Source: Fimbriosthenelais zetlandica
Taxonomy: Eukaryota
DNA: 64,000 bases
Assembly (NCBI GenBank): GCA_977030845.1
Contig: OZ365112.1
Span: 23,312,001 to 23,376,000 of the forward strand
Reading direction: 5' to 3'
This document shows, piece by piece, positions 1 through 12,469 of this stretch. The position numbers and the translations under genes are program-made. How positions within the stretch are numbered: the first letter of the stretch is position 1; the number at the start of each line of letters is the position of its first letter. The notes beneath the pieces are model-generated. The model was not told the DNA's origin. It worked only from the letters and a program-made list of their open reading frames with translations, and did not search any database.

Positions 1-3000
1 AACAGAATCAGAAAAGCTTCAAGAATAATAGTGGCATGTGTCGGGGTCGACATGAGCAGTTCAAAAAGGGCCTACTGTACTCTGAGCCGATATGAGCAGG
101 TCGTTAAATTATGGACTGAAAGCGTTGTTTGGGTTAGTGGAGTTTCGCTTAGGAAGCAGACCCCCATTTGTTTATGTATACATTTGTCTAATTGGTTTAT
201 GTGTGATGGGCGCGAAGGGCAAAGACAATAAGCATAAGGTGGAAGGGTAATGAGCAGTTCATAACCGTTCCAATGACCTGTGAGCAGATGTGAGCATATC
301 ATGACCTAGTAGTAAGAAGGCAATGATCCCTATCGAACAGTATCAGAAAAGCTTCAGGAATAATAGTGGCATGTGTTCGTGTCGACATGAGCAGTTCAAA
401 AAGGGTCTACTGTACTCTGAGCAGGTATGAGCAGGTCGTTAAATTATGGTCTGAAAGCATTGATTGGGTTAGTGGAGTTTCTGTTAGGAAGCAGACCCCC
501 ATTTGTGCATGTATACATTTGTCTAATTGGTTTATGTGTAATGGGCGCGAAGGGCAAAGACAATAAGCATAAGGTGGAAGGGTAATGAGCAGTTCATAAC
601 CGTTCCAATGACCTGTGAGCAGATGTGAGCATATCATGACCTAGTAGTAAGAAGGCAATGATCCCTATCGAACAGTATCAGAAAAGCTTCAGGAATAATA
701 GTGGCATGTGTTCGTGTCGACATGAGCAGTTCAAAAAGGGTCTACTGTACTCTGAGCAGGTATGAGCAGGTCGTTAAATTATGGTCTGAAAGCATTGATT
801 GGGTTAGTGGAGTTTCTGTTAGGAAGCAGACCCCCATTTGTGCATGTATACATTTGTCTAATTGGTTTATGTGTAATGGGCGCGAAGGGCAAAGACAATA
901 GACATAAGGTGAAAGGGTAATGAGCAGTTCATAACCATTTTAATGACCTCTGAGCAGATGTGAGCATATCATGACCCAGTTGTCAGAAGCCAATGATCCA
1001 TATCGGACATAATCAGAAAAGCTTCATGAATAATAGTGGCATGTGTCGGGGTCGTCATGAGCAGTTCAAAAAGGGTCTACTGTACTCTGAGCAGATATGA
1101 GCAGGTCGTTAAATTATGGACTGAATGCGTGGTTTGGGTTAGTGGAGTTTCGGTTATGAAGCAGACCCCCATTTGTGCATGTATACATTTGTCTAATTGG
1201 TTTATGTGTGATGGGCGCGAAGGGCAAAGACAATAGACATAAGGTGGAAGGGTAATGAGCAGTTCATAACCGGTCTAATGACCTCTGAGCAGATGTGAGC
1301 ATATCATGACCTAGTAGTCAGAAGGCAATGATCCCTATCGAACAGAATCAGAAAAGCTTCAAGAATAATAGTGGCATGTGTCGGGGTCGACATGAGCAGT
1401 TCAAAAAGGGCCTACTGTACTCTGAGCCGATATGAGCAGGTCGTTAAATTATGGACTGAAAGCGTTGTTTGGGTTAGTGGAGTTTCGCTTAGGAAGCAGA
1501 CCCCCATTTGTTTATGTATACATTTGTCTAATTGGTTTATGTGTGATGGGCGCGAAGGGCAAAGACAATAGGCATAAGGTGGAAGGGTAATGAGCAGTTC
1601 ATAACCGTTCTAATGACCTGTGAGCAGATGTGAGCATATCATGACCTAGTAGTCAGAAGGCAATGATCCCTATCGAACAGTATCAGAAAAGCTTCAGGAA
1701 TAATATTGGCATGTGTTCGTGTCGACATGAGCAGTTCAAAAAGGGTCTACTGTACTCTGAGCAGATATGAGCAGGTCGTTAAATTATGGACTGAAAGCAT
1801 TGATTGGTTTAGTGGAGTTTCTGTTAGGAAGCAGACCCTCATTTGTGCATGTATACATTTGTCTAATTGGTTTATGTGTAATGGGCGCGAAGGGCAAAGA
1901 CAATAGACATAAGGTGGAAGGGTAATGAGCAGTTCATAACCATTTTAATGACCTCTGAGCAGATGTGAGCATATCATGACCCAGTTGTCAGAAGCCAATG
2001 ACCCATATCGGACATAATCAGAAAAGCTTCATGAATAATAGTGGCATGTGTCGGGGTCGTCATGAGCAGTTCAAAAAGGGTCTACTGTACTCTGAGCAGA
2101 TATGAGCAGGTCGTTAAATTATGGACTGAAAGCACAGGTTGGGTTAGTGGAGTTTCGCTTAGGAAGCAGACCCCCATTTGTGCATGTATACATTTGTCTA
2201 ATTGGTTTATGTGTAATGGGCGCGAAGGGCAAAGACAATAGACATAAGGTGGAAGGGTAATGAGCAGTTCATAACCATTTTAATGACCTCTGAGCAGATG
2301 TGAGCATATCATGACCCAGTTGTCAGAAGCCAATGACCCATATCGGACATAATCAGAAAAGCTTCATGAATAATAGTGGCATGTGTCGGGGTCGTCATGA
2401 GCAGTTCAAAAAGGGTCTACTGTACTCTGAGCAGATATGAGCAGGTCGTTAAATTATGGACTGAAAGCACAGGTTGGGTTAGTGGAGTTTCGCTTAGGAA
2501 GCAGACCCCCATTTGTGCATGTATACATTTGTCTAATTGGTTTATGTGTAATGGGCGCGAAGGGCAAAGACAATAGACATAAGGTGGAAGGGTAATGAGC
2601 AGTTCATAACCATTTTAATGACCTCTGAGCAGATGTGAGCATATCATGACCCAGTTGTCACAAGCCAATGACCCATATCGGACATAATCAGAAAAGCTTC
2701 ATGAATAATAGTGGCATGTGTCGGGGTCGTCATGAGCAGTTCAAAAAGGGTCTACTGTACTCTGAGCAGATATGAGCAGGTCGTTAAATTATGGACTGAA
2801 AGCACAGGTTGGGTTAGTGGAGTTTCGCTTAGGAAGCAGACCCCCATTTGTGCATGTACACATTTGTCTAATTGGTTTATGTGTAATGGGCGCGAAGGGC
2901 AAAGACAATAGACATAAGGTGGAAGGGTAATGAGCAGTTCATAACCGGTCTAATGACCTCTGAGCAGATGTGAGCATATCATGACCTAGTAGTCAGAAGG

Positions 3001-5737
3001 CAATGATCCCTATCGAACAGAATCAGAAAAGCTTCAAGAATAATAGTGGCATGTGTCGGGGTCGACATGAGCAGTTCAAAAAGGGCCTACTGTACTCTGA
3101 GCCGATATGAGCAGGTCGTTAAATTATGGACTGAAAGCGTTGTTTGGGTTAGTGGAGTTTCGCTTAGGAAGCAGACCCCCATTTGTTTATGTATACATTT
3201 GTCTAATTGGTTTATGTGTGATGGGCGCGAAGGGCAAAGACAATAGGCATAAGGTGGAAGGGTAATGAGCAGTTCATAACCGTTCTAATGACCTGTGAGC
3301 AGATGTGAGCATATCATGACCTAGTAGTCAGAAGGCAATGATCCCTATCGAACAGTATCAGAAAAGCTTCAGGAATAATATTGGCATGTGTTCGTGTCGA
3401 CATGAGCAGTTCAAAAAGGGTCTACTGTACTCTGAGCAGATATGAGCAGGTCGTTAAATTATGGACTGAAAGCATTGATTGGTTTAGTGGAGTTTCTGTT
3501 AGGAAGCAGACCCTCATTTGTGCATGTATACATTTGTCTAATTGGTTTATGTGTAATGGGCGCGAAGGGCAAAGACAATAGACATAAGGTGGAAGGGTAA
3601 TGAGCAGTTCATAACCATTTTAATGACCTCTGAGCAGATGTGAGCATATCATGACCCAGTTGTCACAAGCCAATGACCCATATCGGACATAATCAGAAAA
3701 GCTTCATGAATAATAGTGGCATGTGTCGGGGTCGTCATGAGCAGTTCAAAAAGGGTCTACTGTACTCTGAGCAGATATGAGCAGGTCGTTAAATTATGGG
3801 CTGAAAGCACAGGTTGGGTTAGTGGAGTTTCGGTTAGGAAGGAGACCCCCATTTGTGCATGTATACATTTGTCTAATTGGTTTATGTGTAATGGGCGCGA
3901 AGGGCAAAGACAATAGACATAAGGTGGAAGGGTAATGAGCAGTTCATAACCATTTTAATGACCTCTGAGCAGATGTGAGCATATCATGACCCAGTTGTCA
4001 GAAGCCAATGACCCATATCGGACATAATCAGAAAAGCTTCATGAATAATAGTGGCATGTGTCGGGGTCGTCATGAGCAGTTCAAAAAGGGTCTACTGTAC
4101 TCTGAGCAGATATGAGCAGGTCGTTAAATTATGGACTGAAAGCACAGGTTGGGTTAGTGGAGTTTCGCTTAGGAAGCAGACCCCCATTTGTGCATGTATA
4201 CATTTGTCTAATTGGTTTATGTGTAATGGGCGCGAAGGGCAAAGACAATAGACATAAGGTGGAAGGGTAATGAGCAGTTCATAACCATTTTAATGACCTC
4301 TGAGCAGATGTGAGCATATCATGACCCAGTTGTCAGAAGCCAATGACCCATATCGGACATAATCAGAAAAGCTTCATGAATAATAGTGGCATGTGTCGGG
4401 GTCGTCATGAGCAGTTCAAAAAGGGTCTACTGTACTCTGAGCAGATATGAGCAGGTCGTTAAATTATGGACTGAAAGCACAGGTTGGGTTAGTGGAGTTT
4501 CGCTTAGGAAGCAGACCCCCATTTGTGCATGTATACATTTGTCTAATTGGTTTATGTGTAATGGGCGCGAAGGGCAAAGACAATAGACATAAGGTGGAAG
4601 GGTAATGAGCAGTTCATAACCATTTTAATGACCTCTGAGCAGATGTGACCATATCATGACCCAGTTGTCAGAAGCCAATGACCCATATCGGACATAATCA
4701 GAAAAGCTTCATGAATAATAGTGGCATGTGTCGGGGTCGTCATGAGCAGTTCAAAAAGGGTCTACTGTACTCTGAGCAGATATGAGCAGGTCGTTAAATT
4801 ATGGACTGAATGCACAGGTTGGGTTAGTGGAGTTTCGCTTAGGAAGCAGACCCCCATTTGTGCATGTATACATTTGTCTAATTGGTTTATGTGTAATGGG
4901 CGCGAAGAGCAAAGACAATAGACATAAGATGGAAGGGTAATGAGCAGTTCATAACCGTTCTAATGACCTCTGAGCAGATGTGAGCATATCATGACCTAGT
5001 AGTCAGAAGGCAATGATCCCTATCGAAGAGAATCAGAAAAGCTTCAAGAATAATAGTGGCATGTGTCGGGGTCGACATGAGCAGTTCAAAAAGGGCCTAT
5101 TGTACTCTGAGCAGATATGAGCAGGTCGTTAAATTATGGTCTGAAAGCATTGATTTGGTTAGTGGAGTTTCGGTTAGGAAGGAGACCCCCATTTGTGCAT
5201 GTATACATTTGTCTAATTGGTTTATGTGTAATGGGCGCGAAGGGCAAAGACAATAGACATAAGGTGGAAGGGTAATGAGCAGTTCATAACCATTTTAATG
5301 ACCTCTGAGCAGATGTGAGCATATCATGACCCAGTTGTCAGAAGCCAATGACCCATATCGGACATAATCAGAAAAGCTTCATGAATAATAGTGGCATGTG
5401 TCGGGGTCGTCATGAGCAGTTCAAAAAGGGTCTACTGTACTCTGAGCAGATATGAGCAGGTCGTTAAATTATGGACTGAAAGCACAGGTTGGGTTAGTGG
5501 AGTTTCGCTTAGGAAGCAGACCCCCATTTGTGCATGTATACATTTGTCTAATTGGTTTGTGTGTGATGGGCGCGAAGGGCAAAGACAATAGACATAAGGT
5601 GGAAGGGTAATGAGCAGTTCATAACCGTTCTAATGACCTCTGAGCAGATGTGAGCATATCATGACCTAGTAGTCAGAAGGCAATGATCCCTATCGAACAG
5701 AATCAGAAAAGCTTCAAGAATAATAGTGGCATGTGTC
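1..5737. repeat. 335-bp satellite DNA array, about 17 units, continuing beyond the left edge of the window
   Basis: Near-identical units recur at an exact 335-bp period (31, 366, 701 ... 5391, 5726). Each unit contains two internal subrepeats of the form ATGAGCAGTTCA-N19-CTCTGAGCAGATRTGAGCA. Confidence 0.99.
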
Positions 5738-5738
5738 G
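5730..5738 (+). other. Left target-site duplication, CATGTGTC (8 bp; 9 bp if G5738 is counted)
   Basis: Identical to 21946-21954. An 8-11 bp TSD is characteristic of Mutator elements. Confidence 0.9.
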
Positions 5739-5890
5739 ATTGCATGACAACTCACCCCCCGGCAACTCACCCCCTTCTCCATCTCATACCCGCCCATCTC
5801 ACCCCCATGCCAACTCATCCCCCGCTCACTCATCCCCTGGTCAACTCACCCCCCTACGCATTCCCCACCCCTTCCAACTCACCCCACTAC
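5738..5890 (+). repeat. Left modular terminal inverted repeat
   Basis: Begins GATTGCATGACAACTCACCCC and contains about 8 copies of a CA(A/T)CTCAYCCC motif. It mirrors the reverse complement of 21787-21945. Confidence 0.85.
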
Positions 5891-8055
5891 GGTAGGGCCG
5901 TGCAACTGCTACCGAAGTGACACGGGTGAATGCGGTAGGTACTCACGGCTCCTTCCCATCTAAGTATGGGAAGTATCTTTTGAGTAAGCATATAATAAAA
6001 TACACATAAAGAATCTGAAAAACAAATGAATAATAATATGTTTTCACCAATCTTTTAAACCATGTTGTCATATTGAGCATCATACTTTGATTTAATTTTT
6101 CTTTTTAACTTTCCTCGTTGAACTATTGAGTATTCTTTCTATTCTCATTGTCTGAACTGCGGGTGATTTTAAGATTAATGATGAGTAGACGAGGATAGGA
6201 GGAAGTGGTGAGTGGTGAGGCTATAGGTGAGAGAATAAAAGGATGCGCACGCTGGATTGGCGCTCTCTTTGAATGCGGGTAGAGACAATGTGGACGTGTC
6301 CTTTATCTTATCCAAGATACTTCATGCTCTATATGCCTCCATCATGACAGAATCGACCAAGACATGCAGAATTGCGGTGCCTTGCCTGATATTAATTGGA
6401 TACAAATTATATAAAAATTATAATGCCATAGGCCGATAAATAATACAGGTGTGGTGTTCGTACTAATGATCGAGTGCATGGCACGTTTAGGTGGATGGAC
6501 CGACTCTTTCAGGCCATTTAATAGGCCTATAATTAAAATAAGGAACTTTGGTTTCATACCACTTCAGCCCAGCGATAAATTCAGCCACTAAAGTTAATGT
6601 GATACTTGATGATGAGAAATTAGAATTAATGATGAAAAATTGTTAAATTCATGTTGTAAATTAGTCACGAAAAAGATGCGTCGAACAATAAACTTTTGGT
6701 TAAAAAGTATTAATGACGAATATGTGGAGTAATAGGATTGATTTGGTACATTATAAGGTAAATTACAGGATAAATCGGACCTAACCTTTTGATATGCAAT
6801 AATTGAACATATATACGATTGAGTCTATTTAAGGCAAACTATACATTATTGCTGCTTCTAATACAAAAAGAAATCATGACCAGCACTCCCGTCCCTCCCT
6901 GGCTTGCATCCCTTTATATGATACCTGTCAATCACCCCAAGATACACCGAGAGAATGGTCAAAATTTTTGTCTCCCATTATAATATAGCTTCCCTATAAC
7001 TATGCAATTAAAACTATACTGTTAAAAATTGTCAAGAATTCTGCATTTTTCCCAATCTAGTCAAGTTCTATAGACTAAGATAGTTATATTATTAAAAAAT
7101 AGCATACGGTACTTATGACATAACAAATTAAAGCGAACAATATCAAGTTCCATGTGGTATTTTGTATGTATTTTTTATTCAAATGCACAACACCTACACA
7201 GTATAAAAACATAAAACATAAAAACAGTATGCAATGTATAAATTCAATATAATATCTCAGTCACCGATATTAAATAAAATTATATGCATAACAATCTGCC
7301 CAGAAATACCCCATGGCAGCAGCCAGAAATATGTGATGCAACACAAATCCAAATTTAATTCAATATAAACAATCCCACACAGAATCACCCCATCAAAATA
7401 GGCTCTGATATATCACAGTCAATTGAATACATCCCAATCTTCAATGATTTAATCCATAGCAAGTTTCCAGATATCCTTAACAGGAGGAAAGTTAAATAAT
7501 ATATCACTGTTAATCCTGTTAATGTAATTGAATATACTCTCATCTACAACGAATGTACATTGTATGCATAGAAATTGTACTGATATGCATAACAGCGTGT
7601 TGTATAATAATTTATAACAGCCGTATTAATTGTAAATGAAAATACCATCTATCAAGTTGTTTTGACAGCGAATTATTTTATACATTCAGCTTATAAATAT
7701 GTTAAAACTATAAACTATCAGCCAGTAGTCACCTGTGCGTGACCACTGTTGTGGTTACATAAATATAAATCAATGAACACACTGGAGTATAACATATTAT
7801 CCTCCTCTTTTTAAGAAATTCTTCTCTCGAAGAAACAAAACATAATTAAAAGGTTGTTACCATATTAATACCTGAATTATCCAATTACAAAAACAATACC
7901 CTGTTAACATTTCATAACTGGTTATCTTACAAAGTATTGCGAATTAAAAATAACATAATTATACCGGTAATACAGATACATGATTATACCTAAATACCGA
8001 GGAAATGACATAAAGTATTTGAAATAAAAAAATACAAACGACAGGGCAAGGGCAA

Positions 8056-8554
8056 GAATTTGACTTCAATCAAAATGATGAACTACAAAATACAAAGCCA
8101 TGTCCCAGGCCGGGCAAAGTATCGGCACTTCCCACACATGCACCTGAGACATGAAGAATTGAACTTCAATCAAAATGATGAACTACAAAATACAAAGCCA
8201 TGTCCCAGGCCGGGCAAAGTATCAGCACTTCCCACACATGCACCTGAGACATGAAGAATTGAACTTCAATCAAAATGATGAACTACAAAATACAAAGCCA
8301 TGCCCCAGGCCGGGCAAAGTATCAGCACTTCCCACACATGCACCTGAGACATGAAGAATTGAACTTCAATCAAAATGATGAACTACAAAATACAAAGCCA
8401 TGCCCCAGGCCGGGCAAAGTATCAGCACTTCCCACACATGCACCTGAGACATGAAGAATTGAACTTCAATCAAAATGATGAACTACAAAATACAAAGCCA
8501 TGCCCCAGGCCGGGCAAAGTATCAGCACTTCCCACACATGCACCTGAGACATGA
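8056..8554. repeat. 100-bp tandem repeat, about 5 copies, just downstream of the transposase stop codon (putative 3' UTR)
   Basis: CAAAATGATG occurs at 8071, 8171, 8271, 8371 and 8471. The copies are nearly identical. Confidence 0.97.
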
Positions 8555-8581
8555 AAATAACAACAGGAATAAAGTGACCGA

Positions 8582-9889
8582 CTATATCACAGGTCCATAG
8601 ACTTTGCTGACAGCCTTGAGTACCTGGTAGGGAGTCTTCTCCTTTGTCAGGTACTGGTTCCAGATAGAGCTGATGACACCTTGGCATGTTTTGAACCGTT
8701 TTCTCTGGTGCCTGCGAAGCTGATCTTCACTCACAAGTACCATCTGTAGGGATACATATGTGGCCTCACTGTGAAGAAGATTGATCAGCTTGTAAACACC
8801 AAGAGTGCCGTTGTTAGCACGGCCATTCATGCGCTTGTGCCAACCTTCCGTGTCGTTGTTGGTCCGGATAGCTTTCTTGAAAACAGTCCAAGAGTCAGGA
8901 GGCCAGAAGCTGCTCTCTACCCAGGTGTTCCTCACATACGATAGAAGACGTTGGAGCAACTCGTCAGTCGGATCTACCCTCTGGCAGAGGTTATCAAAGG
9001 CGTCCGGAATGTCTGCTGCCATGAGGAACGGGAGTGCCAGGAGATGTCGAACAAACTTGTGGACTGCATCATCCTTGGTATAGTGAGACTGCAGTCCTAC
9101 TTTTGCGACATATCTCCATACACTCTGCGTCCAATGGAACACACATCCTGACACCTTGACACCAATGAAGACCTGTCGGATAGCCGACCAACAAGCTGCT
9201 TCAAAGTCTGCCACAATCTCTCGCAGTCGGAGGGATTGAGGGAGAGTATCCTTGACAGACTGGAGAACATGGACGTAGTCCTCCTTCCTTCGGCTGCTCA
9301 TGAAAACAAAGACCAATGGTACCTGCTTTATAGAGTCATCAGACTCTAAGAAGCCATGAATGGACCAAAGCTGCACAAAGGGACGGGCAATAATCTTAAA
9401 GGTGCCATCAACATACCACACAGGACACTTACGGAGGAGCTGCAACTGGGTGGTTGAAGCAAACACCATGTGTCTGCTCTCTCCCACCCATAGGTCCTTA
9501 ATCAGGAAGTTCTCAGGTATGTGGTCGGTGATGGTCTCAAAGTTTATGTCCGTCGGCTCTTTGGGCAGAAGCACCTGACGAGCTCTCTGAGCAGTTCTAA
9601 GCAGGTTTGATGGATTGACTCTGCTGCCAGATGGTTCGCTGCCTGTACCCATATACTTTATCATTTGCTCCTGGACAATCGCCTGAGCCGGTCGATTCAG
9701 GTTAGCCTTAGCCTCTTGCTTGATGGCAGTTTTGGTGTATATGGCATTGGCTAAGCCAGGTTTACCACAGTGGGTGTGGCCCACACTGCCTCGGATGTAC
9801 TCATCCCCCACTTGTGTCACTGCAGATCGACAGCGAACACCATCTTGCTGGAATGAGCACACCCACCTTGTGGTGTTGCTCGACTTTTT
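8582..9889 (-). CDS. Exon 3 of the transposase gene: C-terminal half of FLYWCH plus the MULE DDE catalytic domain
   Basis: Acceptor TATTTTCAG, then KKSSNTTRWVCSFQQDGVRCRSAV...GHTH (FLYWCH W-x-C...C...H-x-H). Catalytic motifs WYVDGTFK, VADFE, GCVFHWTQ (CxxH) and NNDTEGWH are present. The frame is open to the stop at 8582. Confidence 0.95.
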   Translation of the reverse strand, partial: KKSSNTTRWVCSFQQDGVRCRSAVTQVGDEYIRGSVGHTHCGKPGLANAIYTKTAIKQEAKANLNRPAQAIVQEQMIKYMGTGSEPSGSRVNPSNLLRTAQRARQVLLPKEPTDINFETITDHIPENFLIKDLWVGESRHMVFASTTQLQLLRKCPVWYVDGTFKIIARPFVQLWSIHGFLESDDSIKQVPLVFVFMSSRRKEDYVHVLQSVKDTLPQSLRLREIVADFEAACWSAIRQVFIGVKVSGCVFHWTQSVWRYVAKVGLQSHYTKDDAVHKFVRHLLALPFLMAADIPDAFDNLCQRVDPTDELLQRLLSYVRNTWVESSFWPPDSWTVFKKAIRTNNDTEGWHKRMNGRANNGTLGVYKLINLLHSEATYVSLQMVLVSEDQLRRHQRKRFKTCQGVISSIWNQYLTKEKTPYQVLKAVSKVYGPVI

Positions 9890-10119
9890 CTGAAAATAGA
9901 GAAATATGAAATATTAATAATATTATACAAGACAGATTTGGTGAGCTGCATTCAGTTATTAAAGCAACCCTATATAACTATACCCCCAGAGGTATGGAGA
10001 AATCTTTATTATCTCAACTTGCAGATAGAAAGTATTGAATAAAGTATGTACAGTCGCAGTAGAACTTAAATAACATTATGTGCTTCTAGACACACTTTAT
10101 AACAACATAACTTATTGAC

Positions 10120-12469
10120 ATAGGAGTGTCCCATGTTGTCTACGAGAAGGTTCCCTCCTCTCTGTGTCCCTCCCACGACAATCGTGAAGGTCAGGGATAG
10201 CTGGCTGGCATCATGGTTGTTTGTGTTAATGGGTGCGTCTGGTGATGTGTTGTTGTTTCTTGCTATTGTTGAGGTAGATGTGGCTGGCAGTGAAACATCA
10301 TCCTGGAGTGTAATGTCTATGTGATGTCTATTGGTAGGTGGTGGTCTGAGTGGGGGTGGAGATGGAGATGGTGCGGCTCTTCTGTTTTGGCGCCGAGCAC
10401 GGGAGGTGGGTGGGGGTGGAGATGGTGATTGTGGAGAGGGTGGAGATTGTAGTGGGGGAGATGGAGATGGCGCGGCTCTTCTTGTTTGAGCACGGGAGGT
10501 GGGTGGGGGTGGAGATGGTGATTGTGGTGAGGATGGAGATTGTAGTGGGGGAGATGGAGATGGCGCGGCTCTTCGGTTTTGGCGCCGAGCACGGGAGGTG
10601 GGTGGGGGTGGAGATGGTGATTGTGGTGAGGATGGAGATTGTAGTGGGGGAGATGGAGATGGCGCGGCTCTTCGGTTTTGGCGCCGGGCACGGGAGGTGG
10701 GTGGGGGTGGAGATGGTGATTGTGGTGAGGATGGAGATTGTAGTGGGGGAGATGGAGATGGCGCGGCTCTTCGGTTTTGGCGCCGGGCACGGGAGGTGGG
10801 TGGGGGTGGAGATGAAGATGGCGCGGCTCTTCGGTTTTGGCGCCGAGCACGGGAGGTGGGTGGGGGTGGAGATGGTGATTGTGGTGAGGATGGAGATTGT
10901 AGTGGGGGAGATGGAGATGGCGCGGCTCTTCGGTTTTGGCGCCGGGCACGGGAGGTGGGTGGGGGTGGAGATGGTGATTGTGGTGAGGATGGAGATTGTA
11001 GTGGGGGAGATGGAGATGGCGCGGCTCTTCGGTTTTGGCGCCGGGCACGGGAGGTGGGTGGGGGTGGAGATGAAGATGGCGCGGCTCTTCGGTTTTGGCG
11101 CCGAGCACGGGAGGTGGGTGGGGGTGGAGATGGTGATTGTGGTGAGGATGGAGATTGTAGTGGGGGAGATGGAGATGGCGCGGCTCTTCGGTTTTGGCGC
11201 CGGGCACGGGAGGTGGGTGGGGGTGGAGATGGTGATTGTGGTGAGGATGGAGATTGTAGTGGGGGAGATGGAGATGGCGCGGCTCTTCGGTTTTGGCGCC
11301 GGGCACGGGAGGTGGGTGGGGGTGGAGATGAAGATGGCGCGGCTCTTCGGTTTTGGCGCCGAGCACGGGAGGTGGGTGGGGGTGGAGATGGTGATTGTGG
11401 TGAGGATGGAGATTGTAGTGGGGGAGATGGAGATGGCGCGGCTCTTCGGTTTTGGCGCCGGGCACGGGAGGTGGGTGGGGGTGGAGATGGTGATTGTGGT
11501 GAGGATGGAGATTGTAGTGGGGGAGATGGAGATGGCGCGGCTCTTCGGTTTTGGCGCCGGGCACGGGAGGTGGGTGGGGGTGGAGATGAAGATGGCGCGG
11601 CTCTTCGGTTTTGGCGCCGAGCACGGGAGGTGGGTGGGGGTGGAGATGGTGATTGTGGTGAGGATGGAGATTGTAGTGGGGGAGATGGAGATGGCGCGGC
11701 TCTTCGGTTTTGGCGCCGGGCACGGGAGGTGGGTGGGGGTGGAGATGGAGATTGTGGTGAGGATGGAGATTGTAGTGGGGGAGATGGAGATGGCGCGGCT
11801 CTTCGGTTTTGGCGCCGGGCACGGGAGGTGGGTGGGGGTGGAGATGGAGATGGTGCGGCTCTTTTGTTTTGAAGCCGGGCACGGGAGGTGGGTGGGGGTG
11901 GAGATGGAGATGGTGCGGCTCTTTTGTTTTGAAGCCGGGCACGGGAGGTGGGTGGGGGTGGAGATGGAGATGGTGCGGCTCTTTTGTTTTGAAGCCGGGC
12001 ACGGGAGGTGGGTGGGGGTGGAGATGGAGATGGTGCGGCTCTTTTGTTTTGAAGCCGGGCACGGGAGGTGGGTGGGGGTGGAGATGGAGATGGTGCGGCT
12101 CTTTTGTTTTGAAGCCGGGCACGGGAGGTGGGTGGGGGTGGAGATGAAGATGGCGCGGCTCTTTTGTTTTGAAGCCGGGCACGGGAGGTGGGTGGGGGTG
12201 GAGATGGAGATGGTGCGGCTCTTTTGTTTTGAAGCCGGGCACGGGAGGTGGGTGGGGGTGGAGATGAAGATGGCGCGGCTCTTTTGTTTTGAAGCCGGGC
12301 ACGGGAGGTGGGTGGGGGTGGAGATGGAGATGGTGCGGCTCTTCTGTTTTGAAGCCGGGCACAGGAGGTGGGTGGGGGTGGAGATGAAGATGGCGCGGCT
12401 CTTCTTGCTTGTCGGTTTTGACGCCGAGCACGGGAGTTAGGCGGTAGTGGAGATATGACAGTTGTCTCC
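10120..12469 (-). CDS. Exon 2 of the transposase gene: Ser/Pro/Arg repeat linker plus the N-terminal half of FLYWCH (frame not shown in the ORF track)
   Basis: Acceptor TTTCTTTACAG|G GAG ACA. The frame reads ETTVISPLPPNSRARRQNRQARRAAPSSSPPPPTS... without stops to ...LTFTIVVGGTQRGGNLLVDNMGHSY, a typical FLYWCH start. The 3' donor position (GTCAAT at 10119) is the least certain boundary. Confidence 0.82.
10350..12420. repeat. Coding minisatellite of 60-bp and 99-bp units with a 258-bp higher-order period
   Basis: About ten 60-bp units (RAAPSPSPPPPTSRARLQNK) are followed by 99/99/60 blocks. The marker GATGAAGATGG recurs at 10811, 11069, 11327 and 11585. Confidence 0.97.

Noticed and set aside
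31-5591. Seventeen copies of a 66-aa ORF (MACVGV...) and antisense 76-aa ORFs
   Set aside because: They are a by-product of the 335-bp satellite, start at GTG, and show no domain or coding-type substitution pattern.
1-5737. CRISPR-like or rDNA/snRNA array
   Set aside because: Whole units are near-identical with no unique spacers, and I recognised no 5S, tRNA or snRNA sequence.
8582-9862. 426-aa stand-alone transposase starting at 9862
   Set aside because: The start is a GTG in the middle of FLYWCH. The frame extends to a splice acceptor at 9890, so this is an internal exon.
10350-12440. Plus-strand ORFs of 696, 457 and 112 aa
   Set aside because: They are antisense readings of the same stop-poor minisatellite.
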